This document shows, one piece after another, positions 26,369 through 38,413 of a stretch of DNA of 64,000 nucleotides. Source of the stretch: an uncultured Clostridia bacterium (lineage in GTDB: Bacteria > Bacillota > Clostridia > Christensenellales > UBA1242). The DNA lies in contig CAMMFF010000005.1 in assembly GCA_946496065.1 (NCBI GenBank), positions 11,397-75,396 on the forward strand. Direction: 5' to 3'. The notes beneath the pieces were generated by a model. That model was not told where the DNA came from. It made no database searches and saw only the letters and a program-made list of their open reading frames with translations. A program made the position numbers and the translations under genes. How positions within the stretch are numbered: position 1 is the first letter of the stretch; every line of letters starts with the position of its first letter.

Positions 26369-28087
26369 TAAATCTTGAATATCGAATGGATGTGACAGTT
26401 CTTGCTTATATCTTTCAATGATTTCATCGTCAAGACGAGCAAAAAGTGGTTTAGGCAAGTTTACTTTGTGAGACTTTGAAATGTTGATTTTGCTTGCTTC
26501 TTCCCACATATCTTGTGCATCTGGACGGCCTTCAAAGTTCAGTTGTTCTGTCCAAATTTCAGCTGTTTTGTTAGGGATTATTGGGCTGGCAACAATTGCA
26601 AGAGCTTTTGCCATATTAAGGCAGAGATAAAGCACTTTCTTTGCACCATCGATGTCTCCATTTTTAATCAATGACCATGGTGCGGTTTTTTCAAGATAGG
26701 TGTTTCCAATGCTTGCAAACCTCATAATTTCCTTATATGCCATTCTGAATTCTGTTTTTGAGAACAGTTCTCCAATTTGGTCAGGGAGAGTCTTGATTGC
26801 TTCAATCATTTCATTGTCGTTTTCATCAAGTGAGTTCTTGATATTATCATAATCAATCTCAAGAGCGCCACCAAAATTTTTGTTGATCATGTTCAATGTT
26901 CTGTTGAAGAAATTTCCATATTTCCCAACAAGTTCAGCATTTGTGTTGAGTTTGAAACCTTCATATGTGAAATCGCTATCTTTGTTTTCTGGGAAGATAG
27001 AAACAAGGTAAGCACGCAAAGCATCAATATCAATATCACTGTTCATTAAATTGTTGCAGAAAATTCCGATTTTCTTAGATTTTGAGAATTTTTGACCTTC
27101 AAAGTTGAGGAAGTTGAAACCAACAACATTTTCTGCCAAGTTATATTTCTTGCAAGCAAGCTCCATGCTTGGGAAGAAAATTGCATGGAAGTCGATGTTA
27201 TCTTTGCCAATAAAGTTGTAGATTTTGCAATCTTTGTTTTGCCATCTGTCTTTGACCATTTCATCTCCACCAAGTTCCTTTGTGATTGAGATGTAGCCAA
27301 TTGGTGCGTCAAACCAAACATAGAACACTTTGTCTTGATAATCTTTCAATGGCACTTGAATACCCCAAGGAATATCTCTTGTGATGCAACGAGGTTTCAA
27401 TCCTTCTTTAAACCATTTGTTTGTCATGCTGTAAACATGTGGGCGCCATACATCTTTTTTGCTTTCCACCCATTTTTGAAGTTCAGGTTGAATTTTGTCT
27501 AATGAAACATAGATATGTTTTGTTGATTTTTTAACAGCATCTTTTCCACAAAAACTGCATTTTGGAGACTTCAAGTCGTCAAGTTCGTAGGTTTTTCCAC
27601 ATTGGTCGCATTGGTCGCCATAAGCCTTTTCATATCCACAATATGGACAGGTTCCATAAACAAATCTGTCGGCCAAAGCAATTTTGTCATGTTCACAATA
27701 GAGCATTGTGCTTTCTTTTTCAACTGTGTAGCCGTTTTTATAGATTTCGTTGAAGAAATCTACTGTTGTTTCTTTGTGTGTTTCTGTGTTTGTTCCACTG
27801 AATTTATCAAAACTAATGCAGAGTGTTTCTGCAATTTCTTTGATTTTGGTATTCATTGTGTGAATAAATTCTTCAGGTTTCATTCCAATTTCTTTGGCAG
27901 AGATGAAACTTGCAGTTCCATAATCGTCAGTTCCGCTGACATAAATGACATCATTTCCTTTTGTTCTGTTGTAACGAGCAAACACATCTCCAGGGAGCCA
28001 GCAGCCAACAACATGACCCAAATGTGGAAGCCCATTGACATAGAGCAGTGCAGATGTGACTAATATTTTTTCCTTTTTACTTTCCAT
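26360..28087 (-). CDS. metG: methionine--tRNA ligase
   Basis: HLGH (HIGH), KFSKS (KMSKS) and the zinc knuckle CPYCGYEKAYGDQCDQCG. ATG 28087 has AGGAAG 7 nt upstream. Confidence 0.9.
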   Translation of the reverse strand: MESKKEKILVTSALLYVNGLPHLGHVVGCWLPGDVFARYNRTKGNDVIYVSGTDDYGTASFISAKEIGMKPEEFIHTMNTKIKEIAETLCISFDKFSGTNTETHKETTVDFFNEIYKNGYTVEKESTMLYCEHDKIALADRFVYGTCPYCGYEKAYGDQCDQCGKTYELDDLKSPKCSFCGKDAVKKSTKHIYVSLDKIQPELQKWVESKKDVWRPHVYSMTNKWFKEGLKPRCITRDIPWGIQVPLKDYQDKVFYVWFDAPIGYISITKELGGDEMVKDRWQNKDCKIYNFIGKDNIDFHAIFFPSMELACKKYNLAENVVGFNFLNFEGQKFSKSKKIGIFCNNLMNSDIDIDALRAYLVSIFPENKDSDFTYEGFKLNTNAELVGKYGNFFNRTLNMINKNFGGALEIDYDNIKNSLDENDNEMIEAIKTLPDQIGELFSKTEFRMAYKEIMRFASIGNTYLEKTAPWSLIKNGDIDGAKKVLYLCLNMAKALAIVASPIIPNKTAEIWTEQLNFEGRPDAQDMWEEASKINISKSHKVNLPKPLFARLDDEIIERYKQELSHPFDIQDLKS

Positions 28088-28139
28088 TTTTACACTTCCT
28101 TTTGCATATTTTTTTAGATTGAGAGTTAAACTTATGTTA

Positions 28140-29474
28140 TTATTCTGCATCGGACATGCACATTCGGTCAGTTTTGATCTTTTCGATGACTTTTTCAAGA
28201 GTTAATTTTTCTTGTTCTGAATTTTGCATGTTTTTTAATGTGTATTCTTTTGTCTTAACTTCATCTTCGCCAACAATCAAGACATACTTTATTTGTCTTT
28301 TGTTTGCTTCTTTCATTTTTGATTTGAAAGATTTGTTTTCATAAAGACAATCTGCTTTAATTCCACCTTCTCTGAGTTTTGAAGTCAAAGAAAGTCCTTC
28401 TTCCAAAGTGTCATCAAAAGTGATGATTGCACATTCGATTTCATTGATCTCATCCAAATTGAAATAATTTTCTTTGGTCAATATATCAAAAAGGCGGGTG
28501 ACACCAACACTCATTCCAACACCTGGCATTTTTTTATCTGAAAAATAACTGCACAAATTTTCAAATCTTCCGCCACCACCAATGGCTCCAAGATTTTTGT
28601 TCATTTTCAAAAATCCTTCAAAAACTGTGCCAGTGTAATAGTTATGTCCTCTGATCACGGAAAGGTTATATATGACTGAACTAACTCCAAATGCTTTCAG
28701 ATGTTTGTCAGTTTCAACAAGTTCTCTCATTCCTTCATCAAAAAGAGGATTGTCGCAAATATTTGTCAAATTTTGAGTTACTTCCTCAATATTTCCATTT
28801 GTTTTTGTCAATCTTATGATTTTTTCGCTTTCAACGTCAGACAAACCAATTTCTTTGAGTTGTGCCATTGCTTCTTCAAAAGGAATTTTTGCAAGTTTGT
28901 CCAAAACAATCAAAATGTCTGTTGTTCTGTCTTCCTTGTTGATTGATTGAATGTATCCAGCGATAATTTTTCTGTTTGAAACTTCAATTTCCACATCGAG
29001 ATTCAACGCCTTGAAACATTTTTCAAAAAGTGCAATACATTCGGCATCAGCAACAAGAGATAATGTTTCATTTCCGATTATATCGGCATCACATTGATAA
29101 AATTCTCTGAAACGACCCTTTTGAGGTCTTTCTCCTCTGTAAACTTTTCCAATTTGATATCTTTTGAAAGGAAATGACAAATCTTCTTTGTGCATTGCAA
29201 CAAAGCGGGCGAGTGGAACTGTCAAGTCATATCTCATGCACATATCGGTAGAACCTTTTGAAAAACGATAGACTTCTTTGTCTGTTTCGCCACCACTTTT
29301 GGCAAGCAGTGTTTCGCTATATTCCAAAATAGGAGTGTCAAGTGGAACAAAACAATTTTGTTTGAAAACATTTTCAATCTTGTCCAAAAGCTCAGAAAAA
29401 ACCATCTGCTGTCTTGGCATAAGTTCCCAAAAACCTTGAAGTTTTCTCGGTGTAATAAGCTTTGAATTGTTCAT
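28140..29474 (-). CDS. hisS: histidine--tRNA ligase
   Basis: Class II motifs: RYDLTVPLAR, YRGERPQKGRFREFYQCD, GGGRFENL. Lies 52 nt upstream of metG. Confidence 0.9.
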   Translation of the reverse strand: MNNSKLITPRKLQGFWELMPRQQMVFSELLDKIENVFKQNCFVPLDTPILEYSETLLAKSGGETDKEVYRFSKGSTDMCMRYDLTVPLARFVAMHKEDLSFPFKRYQIGKVYRGERPQKGRFREFYQCDADIIGNETLSLVADAECIALFEKCFKALNLDVEIEVSNRKIIAGYIQSINKEDRTTDILIVLDKLAKIPFEEAMAQLKEIGLSDVESEKIIRLTKTNGNIEEVTQNLTNICDNPLFDEGMRELVETDKHLKAFGVSSVIYNLSVIRGHNYYTGTVFEGFLKMNKNLGAIGGGGRFENLCSYFSDKKMPGVGMSVGVTRLFDILTKENYFNLDEINEIECAIITFDDTLEEGLSLTSKLREGGIKADCLYENKSFKSKMKEANKRQIKYVLIVGEDEVKTKEYTLKNMQNSEQEKLTLEKVIEKIKTDRMCMSDAE

Positions 29475-29567
29475 TTTTTCTCCTTAATTGTCATCATTTT
29501 TTATATGTCATTTTAATACAAAATTCTTCGTTTTGTCAATTGAAATATAGGCATATAATACTAAAAG

Positions 29568-29704
29568 TTGTGCACATTTATTTTCCACTTATCCACAAAT
29601 TTATAAATATTCACACCAATTTATGTTTATACAGGTGGGTAAATTGGGGTCAAAATTGAAGAAAACCACACGAGTTATCCACATTTCCACATTTTTGTGG
29701 ACAA
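29568..29704. promoter_or_regulatory. DnaA-box cluster
   Basis: Perfect TTATCCACA at 29589-29597 and 29675-29683. TGTGGACAA (1 mismatch, opposite orientation) at 29696-29704. Four 2-mismatch boxes at 29568, 29581, 29607 and 29683. An AT-rich tract lies at 29761-29874. Confidence 0.6.
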
Positions 29705-29874
29705 ATCTTTTCAAAAATCACACATATTGGCGAGAAAACGGAATATAAATGTGCAAAAAATCGAGTTTGTTTAAAAATGCAAGTTTCGTCAATTTTGTAT
29801 AAATTTTTAATATCAAAATTCTTTGTTTCAAAAATAAGAATATTATTCAAAATCTATGCATATTAATTCATTCA

Positions 29875-31911
29875 TTATTTTGAAGTTTTCTTCATCAAAA
29901 ATGGACTTGGTGTTTTGTCACTTAAGAAATAAAGTTTGTGCAATGCTCTGGTTGAAGAGACATACAAGAGATTTCTGTCAAGTTCGTTGTGATAGTTTTG
30001 ACTGTTTGCAAATGGAACGATGACGCAGTCAAATTCAATTCCTTTTGCTTTTGCTGGAGTGGTTATGATTTTCTTTGAAGAAATTTTCATATTGTCCATC
30101 ACTTTGAATTTTTTGATTTGTGTGCTTTCTTTTTGAAGTGCTTTGATTTCTTCCCTAGATTTGCATATGATTGCAACACTTTGTTTTTTAAGTTCTGATT
30201 TTTTTTCTCTTTCAGTCAAAATTTTTTCAATTGCCTTGGCACAATTTTTTGTTCTCAAACACTCAACTTCTTCTCCGTTTCTATTCACGTTGTTTGCAAT
30301 GTGTTTTCCAAGAATTTTTTGTGAAAACAGAGAAATTTGCAATGTGCTTCTGTATGACTTATTTAAAAATGTTATTTTTGACTTGGTTTGTTTTGTCAAA
30401 TATGTCAAGTATGTTGGAGTCAGAGTTCTGTCAATGCTTTGATAGATGTCACCAAGATAAAGTTTTGAGCATTTCCAAATTTTGTCAAACAAATAGAAAT
30501 GACAAGGTGTGTAGTCCTGCATCTCGTCAACGATGACATATTTTGCATCAAAGTTGTTTTTCAGTGAAAATAGATTTTCTTTGATTAAAAGCACAGGAGC
30601 AATGTCGTAAGCTCCGATGTTTTCCACTTCATCAAGTTCCAAACTTCTCAAGAAAAGATTGTAAATTCTCAATAAGTCCGTTGTGATGAAATTGTTATAC
30701 AAAATCTTCTTTGCTCTTTTGAACAAGTCATTATGTTTTGATGCAGGAATTTTGAATCTGTCAGTGATATTTTCTGCCAAAACATCAATTCTTTTGTGAA
30801 TAGGCAAGTTTTTAAGTTTGTTGAAATAGATATCTTGATTTTCTGTCTTATTTATGACAACCTCTCCAAAAGAAAGTGTTTTTGGAATAAAAAGATTGCA
30901 AATATCGTTGTTAAGGAAATTTTTCAAATCGTCCAAGAATTCAAAGCTTGACTTTATTGCGATGTTTTCAAAGTCCTTTTGGTTTTGTTTGCTTATAACT
31001 CTTTCAAGCATATCTTCCCTTGACTCAAATTCCATTCCCAAAAGTCGCTTTGCCATGTTTGAAAAAGTTGTTGTGAAAGTTTTTTCTTCTCCCAATGCTG
31101 GAAGAACATCGTCAATATAGTCTGCAAACAATTCAGAAGGGGACAGTATCAAAATATCTTCACTCTTGAGTTGATTGCGATATTTGTAAAGCAAATAAGA
31201 AACTCTGTGCATTGCAATTGAGGTCTTTCCAGAACCGGCAACACCTTGCACAATTGTGTTCTTGAAGTCATCGGCACGAATAAGGACATTTTGTTCTTTT
31301 TGAATGGTTGAAACAATGTCATGCATTTTTGATGTGGCATTTTTTGAAAGTTGCTCCATCAAGATATCGTCGTCGATGACCATGTTGCTGTCAATGTAAT
31401 AAACCAAATTGCCCTTGTCAATCTTATATTGACGTTTTAAGGACAAATTGCCGGATATTTCTCCATCAGGACAAGAATAGGAAGTTTTTCCGGTTTTGTC
31501 GTCATAGTAAAGAGAGCAGACATCAGCTCTCCAGTCATAGACCAAATTTTCATTTTGAGAGTTTTGAATGAGACCTAAGCCAATGTAATATTTATTTGGT
31601 TCTTGTTCATTATCCGCTTGGAAATCAAATCTTCCAAAGTATGGATTTTTTCTTTGTTTTTGAAGTCTTGAGATTTCTTTTTCAAGAGCAACATTTTGTT
31701 GCTCTAAGTTTTCAATTTGAATGTTTAGACCAGCAAGTTCATCGTCTTCTTTTTTTATGTCATAAAAATTTTCGGCGAAAAACTTTTTGAGATATTGAAT
31801 GTCATTCAGGTTTTGTTTATATTTTTTTGAGTCCTTATCTTTGATCTTTTCAATTTCTTTCAAAGTGTTGTCAAGATAAGTTTTCTCTTGTTCTGTTACT
31901 TTTTTGTCCAT
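29875..31911 (-). CDS. helD: HelD / helicase IV-like UvrD-family ATPase
   Basis: N-terminal coiled coil ending in NPYFGRFDF, Walker A GVAGSGKTSIAMHR, and a UvrD-like C-terminal domain. Confidence 0.75.
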   Translation of the reverse strand: MDKKVTEQEKTYLDNTLKEIEKIKDKDSKKYKQNLNDIQYLKKFFAENFYDIKKEDDELAGLNIQIENLEQQNVALEKEISRLQKQRKNPYFGRFDFQADNEQEPNKYYIGLGLIQNSQNENLVYDWRADVCSLYYDDKTGKTSYSCPDGEISGNLSLKRQYKIDKGNLVYYIDSNMVIDDDILMEQLSKNATSKMHDIVSTIQKEQNVLIRADDFKNTIVQGVAGSGKTSIAMHRVSYLLYKYRNQLKSEDILILSPSELFADYIDDVLPALGEEKTFTTTFSNMAKRLLGMEFESREDMLERVISKQNQKDFENIAIKSSFEFLDDLKNFLNNDICNLFIPKTLSFGEVVINKTENQDIYFNKLKNLPIHKRIDVLAENITDRFKIPASKHNDLFKRAKKILYNNFITTDLLRIYNLFLRSLELDEVENIGAYDIAPVLLIKENLFSLKNNFDAKYVIVDEMQDYTPCHFYLFDKIWKCSKLYLGDIYQSIDRTLTPTYLTYLTKQTKSKITFLNKSYRSTLQISLFSQKILGKHIANNVNRNGEEVECLRTKNCAKAIEKILTEREKKSELKKQSVAIICKSREEIKALQKESTQIKKFKVMDNMKISSKKIITTPAKAKGIEFDCVIVPFANSQNYHNELDRNLLYVSSTRALHKLYFLSDKTPSPFLMKKTSK

Positions 31912-31963
31912 GGGAACTCCTTATTCAAAAGGTAGTTTATTTTTGTTGTTCAATGACAGCAAT

Positions 31964-34543
31964 CTAAATGTTTTCGTCGTCACTAGTGTTTTCTTCAGAT
32001 GTTGAAACTTCCGCATTAGTTTCATTTGCATCAGATTCTTCTTCAATTGCGGGTGCAGGTGTCTCTGCTTCAGCAGGTTCCTCTTCTTTTGATGCAAGAG
32101 CAACGCTGGTGATTTTTGCGTCGTTCTTAAGTTTCATGATGCGAACGCCTTGACTCACTCTTGAAAAATGGCTTACATCTTCTGCTGGTGTTCTGATGAT
32201 AACTCCACTGTCTGCAATAATCAAAAGGTCGCAATCTTCTTCAATTTGTTTCATTGCAACGAGTTTTCCAGTCTTTCCGTTGAATATACCAGCTTTAACA
32301 CCACTTCCACCACGTTGTTGAAGTCTGAATTCGTCAACACTTGTAAATTTGCCATAACCATTTTCTGAGATTGTTATGATGTTTGCGTTTTCATGAACTA
32401 TTGCCATGTCAACAACAAAGTCTCCCTCTGCAAGTTTCATGCTGCGAACACCTTGGCTGTCTCTTCCAACGGCACGAACATCGGTCTCGTTGAAACGAAT
32501 GCACTTTCCATCATGGGAGGCAATCAAGATGTCATCACGACCTGTAGTTATGTCAACACCAACAAGTTCATCTCCTTCCACAAGTTTGATGGCAATTTTT
32601 CCAACTTTTCTGATGTTTTCATATTCACTGAGAGTGGTCTTTTTGATGAGACCGTTCTTTGTTGCCATAATCAAATTGCCTTTGACATCTTTTTGCATTG
32701 GAATGATTGCATTGATTTTTTCTCCAAGAGAAAGTTGCAAAAGGTTGATGATTGCACGGCCCTTTGCTTGTCTTTGAGCTTCTGGAATTTCATAGGCTTT
32801 TGCGCTGTAAACCTTTCCCAAATTCGAGAAGAACAAAAGGTCTGCATGAGAAGAGCATACGAACATTTTTTCCACAAAATCTTCATCTTTTGTCTTGTGT
32901 GCGGTGATTCCAACTCCACCTCTGTGTTGAGATTTGTATTCATCAACAGACATACGCTTGATGTAACCCATATGAGTCATGGAGACGATGACATCTTCTT
33001 CTGCAATAAGGTCTTCAATGTCAATTCCACCCAAATCCATGCTAATTTCGGTCTTTCTAGCGTCACCAAATTCTTGTTTGACATTTTCAAGGTCATCTCT
33101 GACAATCTGCAGAACTCTTGCAGGTTTGTCCAAGATGTCCTTCAAATCAGTGATTGTTGCCTCCAAAGTTGCAAGTTCTTCATTAAGTTTTTCAACTTCC
33201 AAACTTGTAAGTTTTGAAAGTTTCATTTCAAGAATGGCGTTTGCTTGAATTTCGTCAAGTTCAAACAAAGTTGTCAAGTTTGTTATTGCCTCTTGTCTGT
33301 CTTGTGATTGTTTGATTGTTTTTATGACTTCATCAATGTTTGCAAGGGCTATAACCAAACCTTTGACAATATGCTCTCTTTCTTCAGCTTTCTTAAGGTC
33401 AAATCTTGTTTTTCTTACGACAACTTCTTTCTGATGTTCAAGGTAATAATAAAGCATTTCCTTAAGGTTCAAAACCTTTGGAACTCCATTCACCAAAGCA
33501 AGCATAATGATTCCACTGCTTTGTTGAAGCATTGTGTGTTTATAGAGCAAGTTTAAAACAACTTGTGCGTTTGCATCTTTTTTTATGTCAACAACGACTC
33601 TAAGTCCATCTCTGTCACTTTCATCTCTTAGGTCGCTGATACCTTCAATTTTTTTGTTTTTAACCATATCAGCCATTTGAGTTATGAAACGTGCTTTGTT
33701 GACTTGATATGGAAGTTCTGTGATGACGATTCTTTGTCTGCCAGAAGATGTTTCTTCAATTTCTGCACGACCTCTGACCAAAATTCCGCCACGACCAGTT
33801 TTGTATGCGTGTTTAACGGCGGTTCTTCCCATGATTATTCCGCCTGTTGGATAGTCAGGTGCAGGGATAATCTTGATAAGTTCATCAATGTCGATGTCTG
33901 AGTTGTCAATCAATGCTTGAAGACCATTGATGACTTCTGTCAAGTTGTGAGGTGGAATGTTTGTTGCCATTCCGACAGCAATGCCGTCTGCACCATTAAC
34001 AAGAAGGTTTGGAAATCTTGCTGGCAAAACGGAAGGTTGCATCAAAGTGTCGTCAAAGTTTGGATAGAAGTCAACCGTTTCTTTGTCGATGTCTTTAAGC
34101 ATCAAAGAAGCAATTTTTGAAAGTCTTGCTTCTGTGTAACGCTGTGCAGCAGGTGGGTCACCATCGACTGAACCAAAGTTTCCATGTCCATCAACAAGAG
34201 GATATCTGATTGAAAAGTCCTGAGCAAGTCTGACAAGGGCATCATAAATTGAAATGTCTCCGTGTGGGTGATATTTACCCATAACTTCACCGACAATTCT
34301 GGCACTTTTCTTGTGAGGTTTGTCATAGAAGTTGTTTAATTCACCCATACTGAACAAAATTCTTCTATGAACCGGCTTCAAACCATCTCTAACATCAGGA
34401 ATGGCTCTTGAAACATTGACAGCCATTGCATAGGAAATGAAAGACTTTTTCAACTCTCCGACAACTTCAATTGGTTGAATTTTTTCATTTTCAAACATTT
34501 CCCTCAGGTCTTTTTTCTTGTTTTCTTCTTCTTTCTTATTCAT
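31964..34543 (-). CDS. gyrA: DNA gyrase subunit A
   Basis: [29 protein letters not shown] active-site region, beta-pinwheel CTD and an acidic tail. ATG 34543 has GAGGA 5 nt upstream. Confidence 0.95.
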   Translation of the reverse strand: MNKKEEENKKKDLREMFENEKIQPIEVVGELKKSFISYAMAVNVSRAIPDVRDGLKPVHRRILFSMGELNNFYDKPHKKSARIVGEVMGKYHPHGDISIYDALVRLAQDFSIRYPLVDGHGNFGSVDGDPPAAQRYTEARLSKIASLMLKDIDKETVDFYPNFDDTLMQPSVLPARFPNLLVNGADGIAVGMATNIPPHNLTEVINGLQALIDNSDIDIDELIKIIPAPDYPTGGIIMGRTAVKHAYKTGRGGILVRGRAEIEETSSGRQRIVITELPYQVNKARFITQMADMVKNKKIEGISDLRDESDRDGLRVVVDIKKDANAQVVLNLLYKHTMLQQSSGIIMLALVNGVPKVLNLKEMLYYYLEHQKEVVVRKTRFDLKKAEEREHIVKGLVIALANIDEVIKTIKQSQDRQEAITNLTTLFELDEIQANAILEMKLSKLTSLEVEKLNEELATLEATITDLKDILDKPARVLQIVRDDLENVKQEFGDARKTEISMDLGGIDIEDLIAEEDVIVSMTHMGYIKRMSVDEYKSQHRGGVGITAHKTKDEDFVEKMFVCSSHADLLFFSNLGKVYSAKAYEIPEAQRQAKGRAIINLLQLSLGEKINAIIPMQKDVKGNLIMATKNGLIKKTTLSEYENIRKVGKIAIKLVEGDELVGVDITTGRDDILIASHDGKCIRFNETDVRAVGRDSQGVRSMKLAEGDFVVDMAIVHENANIITISENGYGKFTSVDEFRLQQRGGSGVKAGIFNGKTGKLVAMKQIEEDCDLLIIADSGVIIRTPAEDVSHFSRVSQGVRIMKLKNDAKITSVALASKEEEPAEAETPAPAIEEESDANETNAEVSTSEENTSDDENI

Positions 34544-34865
34544 TTCTTTCCTCAACTTGCAAATTTAAATTATGTGCTTTCACTCTTTCTTTTCCGCGAG
34601 CAAATTTAAAATCTTCAACTTTTGTGACTTCATCTAAGCAGTCAAACATATATATCAATTCTTCAATACAAATCTTGACATCGGCGATTTCTTCAATCAT
34701 GTTCTTCATCAATTTTTTCTCTTCTTCTTTGGAGCAAGCATTGATTTTGCGTTTATATTTGCAGATGGCTTTTGTAAGTTCGCTCATCTCTTCAATGGCA
34801 AAATTCAATTGTGCTTCTTTTCCAAATGCGTCCAAAAAATCTTTGTAATAGTGCTCTTCTCTCAT
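34536..34865 (-). CDS. MazG-like all-alpha NTP pyrophosphohydrolase family protein (109 aa)
   Basis: AIEEMSELTKAI and MIEEIADVKICIEEL match the EExxE / EExxD metal-binding helices of MazG-like proteins. AGGAG overlaps the gyrB stop. Its last 8 nt overlap the gyrA start. Confidence 0.6.
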   Translation of the reverse strand: MREEHYYKDFLDAFGKEAQLNFAIEEMSELTKAICKYKRKINACSKEEEKKLMKNMIEEIADVKICIEELIYMFDCLDEVTKVEDFKFARGKERVKAHNLNLQVEERNE

Positions 34866-34874
34866 CGCTGACTC

Positions 34875-36902
<2,028 letters not shown>

Positions 36903-37001
36903 TTATATCATATATAGGGAGAAAAAACAATTTGTTTGGTGCATATTTTTGCTAAAATTTTGACAAAATTTGGACTGAAAAAAGAAAAATAAGGTTTGAT
37001 A

Positions 37002-37030
37002 TTGACAAAGCAAAAAAAGCGTGTTATAAC
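37002..37030 (+). promoter_or_regulatory. promoter of the Fic-like gene
   Basis: TTGACA (37002-37007), 17 nt, TGT-TATAAC (37025-37030). Confidence 0.5.
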
Positions 37031-37049
37031 ATCTATATTCGAGGTAAAA

Positions 37050-38192
37050 ATGAAGGCAATAAAGATAAAAAAATTTTTAAAACAAGATGAACAAGAAAGA
37101 TTGGCATTCAATCGCAGATTTGCTCGTGTAACACATGATTTAGGTGAAGAAGGTGTCGAACCTTGGATTCTTTATAGGGACAAAACCACGGTTTTTGTAA
37201 ATGGAAGGGCAAAGAAAAAACATAAATTTTCAAGTTTTTATTGCTTTGAAGAAAGAGATTATTCTGAATTAAACAAATTGCTAAACAGAATTAATCAAAA
37301 GATAGAAATGGTAAGAAAAACCGTGAAAAGAGGCGAAAAAATTGACAAAGTTGAAGATATTATGCGAGGAGTTATCTATGAAGTGAACAAAAATCAAGAT
37401 AGCGAATGTTACAAAGCCAATCAACTTTATAAAAAGAGTGTCAAAAAATATGTAAAAAAAATTTTTGAATATTATCAATCGCATCCATTTGATTCAAGTG
37501 AATGCTCTCGTATGTGGCTTCAGGCATATAGAGAAATGGTTGAGCAATCACAATTTCAAGAATTTGATGATGTAATAAAAAAGAATTATTTGACATTTGA
37601 TACAGCATTTCAATTTATTTTTGATTATGGATATTTCAGAAAGTATGACAAAACATCAGCGGAAGATTATTTAAATTTCATAATGGATACGTATGCCTTG
37701 GCTTCAAATAATGAATATCCAACCTATAGAGATTGCACTGCACGCATAAGAAATGGAAGTTGGATTCCTGTAAATCAAGAAATTATAAGAGAGGGTATGG
37801 AGATTTTGACTGATTGGTTTACAAATGATGTAAAAAGCAATAATCTTTATCCAATTGAAAGAGCATGCATTATGCATTGTGAACTTGTTAGGATGCAGGC
37901 ATTCCCTGACGGAAATCATAGAATTGCGAGATTGATAGCAAATGAAACTTTGATTGAATCTGATTTCCCATCAATTTCAATTGATTTTGACAAAAGAAAG
38001 GAATATAACGCCGCAACAAATAAGGCGATTGAAACTCATGAAATTGATGATTTGATTGAAATATACTATCAACAAGCATATCAAAATGCTTTAAAGATAG
38101 ATAGGTGTTTGGACAGTTTGATTCAAAAAGAAGATGAGAAGAATGAAAGTAGAGAGACAAAACAGCCAGTATCATTAGAAAAACAACCATAA
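37050..38192 (+). CDS. Fic-domain protein with a degenerate active-site motif
   Basis: Fic core ...HCELVRMQAFPDGNHRIARLIANE. The motif reads QxFxDGNHRxxR instead of HxFx(D/E)GNGRxxR (nt 37896-37931). GAGG SD. Confidence 0.7.
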   Translation: MKAIKIKKFLKQDEQERLAFNRRFARVTHDLGEEGVEPWILYRDKTTVFVNGRAKKKHKFSSFYCFEERDYSELNKLLNRINQKIEMVRKTVKRGEKIDKVEDIMRGVIYEVNKNQDSECYKANQLYKKSVKKYVKKIFEYYQSHPFDSSECSRMWLQAYREMVEQSQFQEFDDVIKKNYLTFDTAFQFIFDYGYFRKYDKTSAEDYLNFIMDTYALASNNEYPTYRDCTARIRNGSWIPVNQEIIREGMEILTDWFTNDVKSNNLYPIERACIMHCELVRMQAFPDGNHRIARLIANETLIESDFPSISIDFDKRKEYNAATNKAIETHEIDDLIEIYYQQAYQNALKIDRCLDSLIQKEDEKNESRETKQPVSLEKQP

Positions 38193-38207
38193 TTATGGTT
38201 GTTTTTT
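38180..38207 (+). terminator. intrinsic terminator
   Basis: AAAACAACCAT / ATGGTTGTTTT stem spanning the stop codon, followed by a T-run. Confidence 0.65.
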
Positions 38208-38227
38208 GTTAAATTTGCAATAAACTA

Positions 38228-38257
38228 TTGACATTTGGAATATAAATAATATATAAT
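38228..38257 (+). promoter_or_regulatory. promoter of initiator tRNA
   Basis: TTGACA (38228-38233), 18 nt, TATAAT (38252-38257). Confidence 0.55.
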
Positions 38258-38272
38258 AACAAAGTCTAATGA

Positions 38273-38349
<77 letters not shown>

Positions 38350-38355
38350 ATTTAA

Positions 38356-38402
38356 AAAATCGTTATATTTTCAAAATTGAATTTATAACGATTTTTTGTT
38401 TT
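38356..38402 (+). terminator. terminator after the tRNA
   Basis: AAAATCGTTATA / TATAACGATTTT 12-bp stem followed by TTGTTTTT. Confidence 0.6.
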
Positions 38403-38413
38403 TAGGAGATTTT

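Noticed and set aside
29475-29874. T-box leader upstream of hisS (also checked upstream of glnS at 41928-42037 and metG at 28088-28139)
   Set aside because: No T-box-like GGTGGTACC sequence lies on the coding strand. Putative promoters leave only short 5' UTRs, and metG is 52 nt behind hisS. The hisS gap contains DnaA boxes instead.
32393-33217. 274-aa plus-strand ORF (also 33308-33556 and others) inside gyrA
   Set aside because: It is antisense to an unambiguous gyrA reading frame, with a Cys/Phe-rich nonsense composition and no SD.
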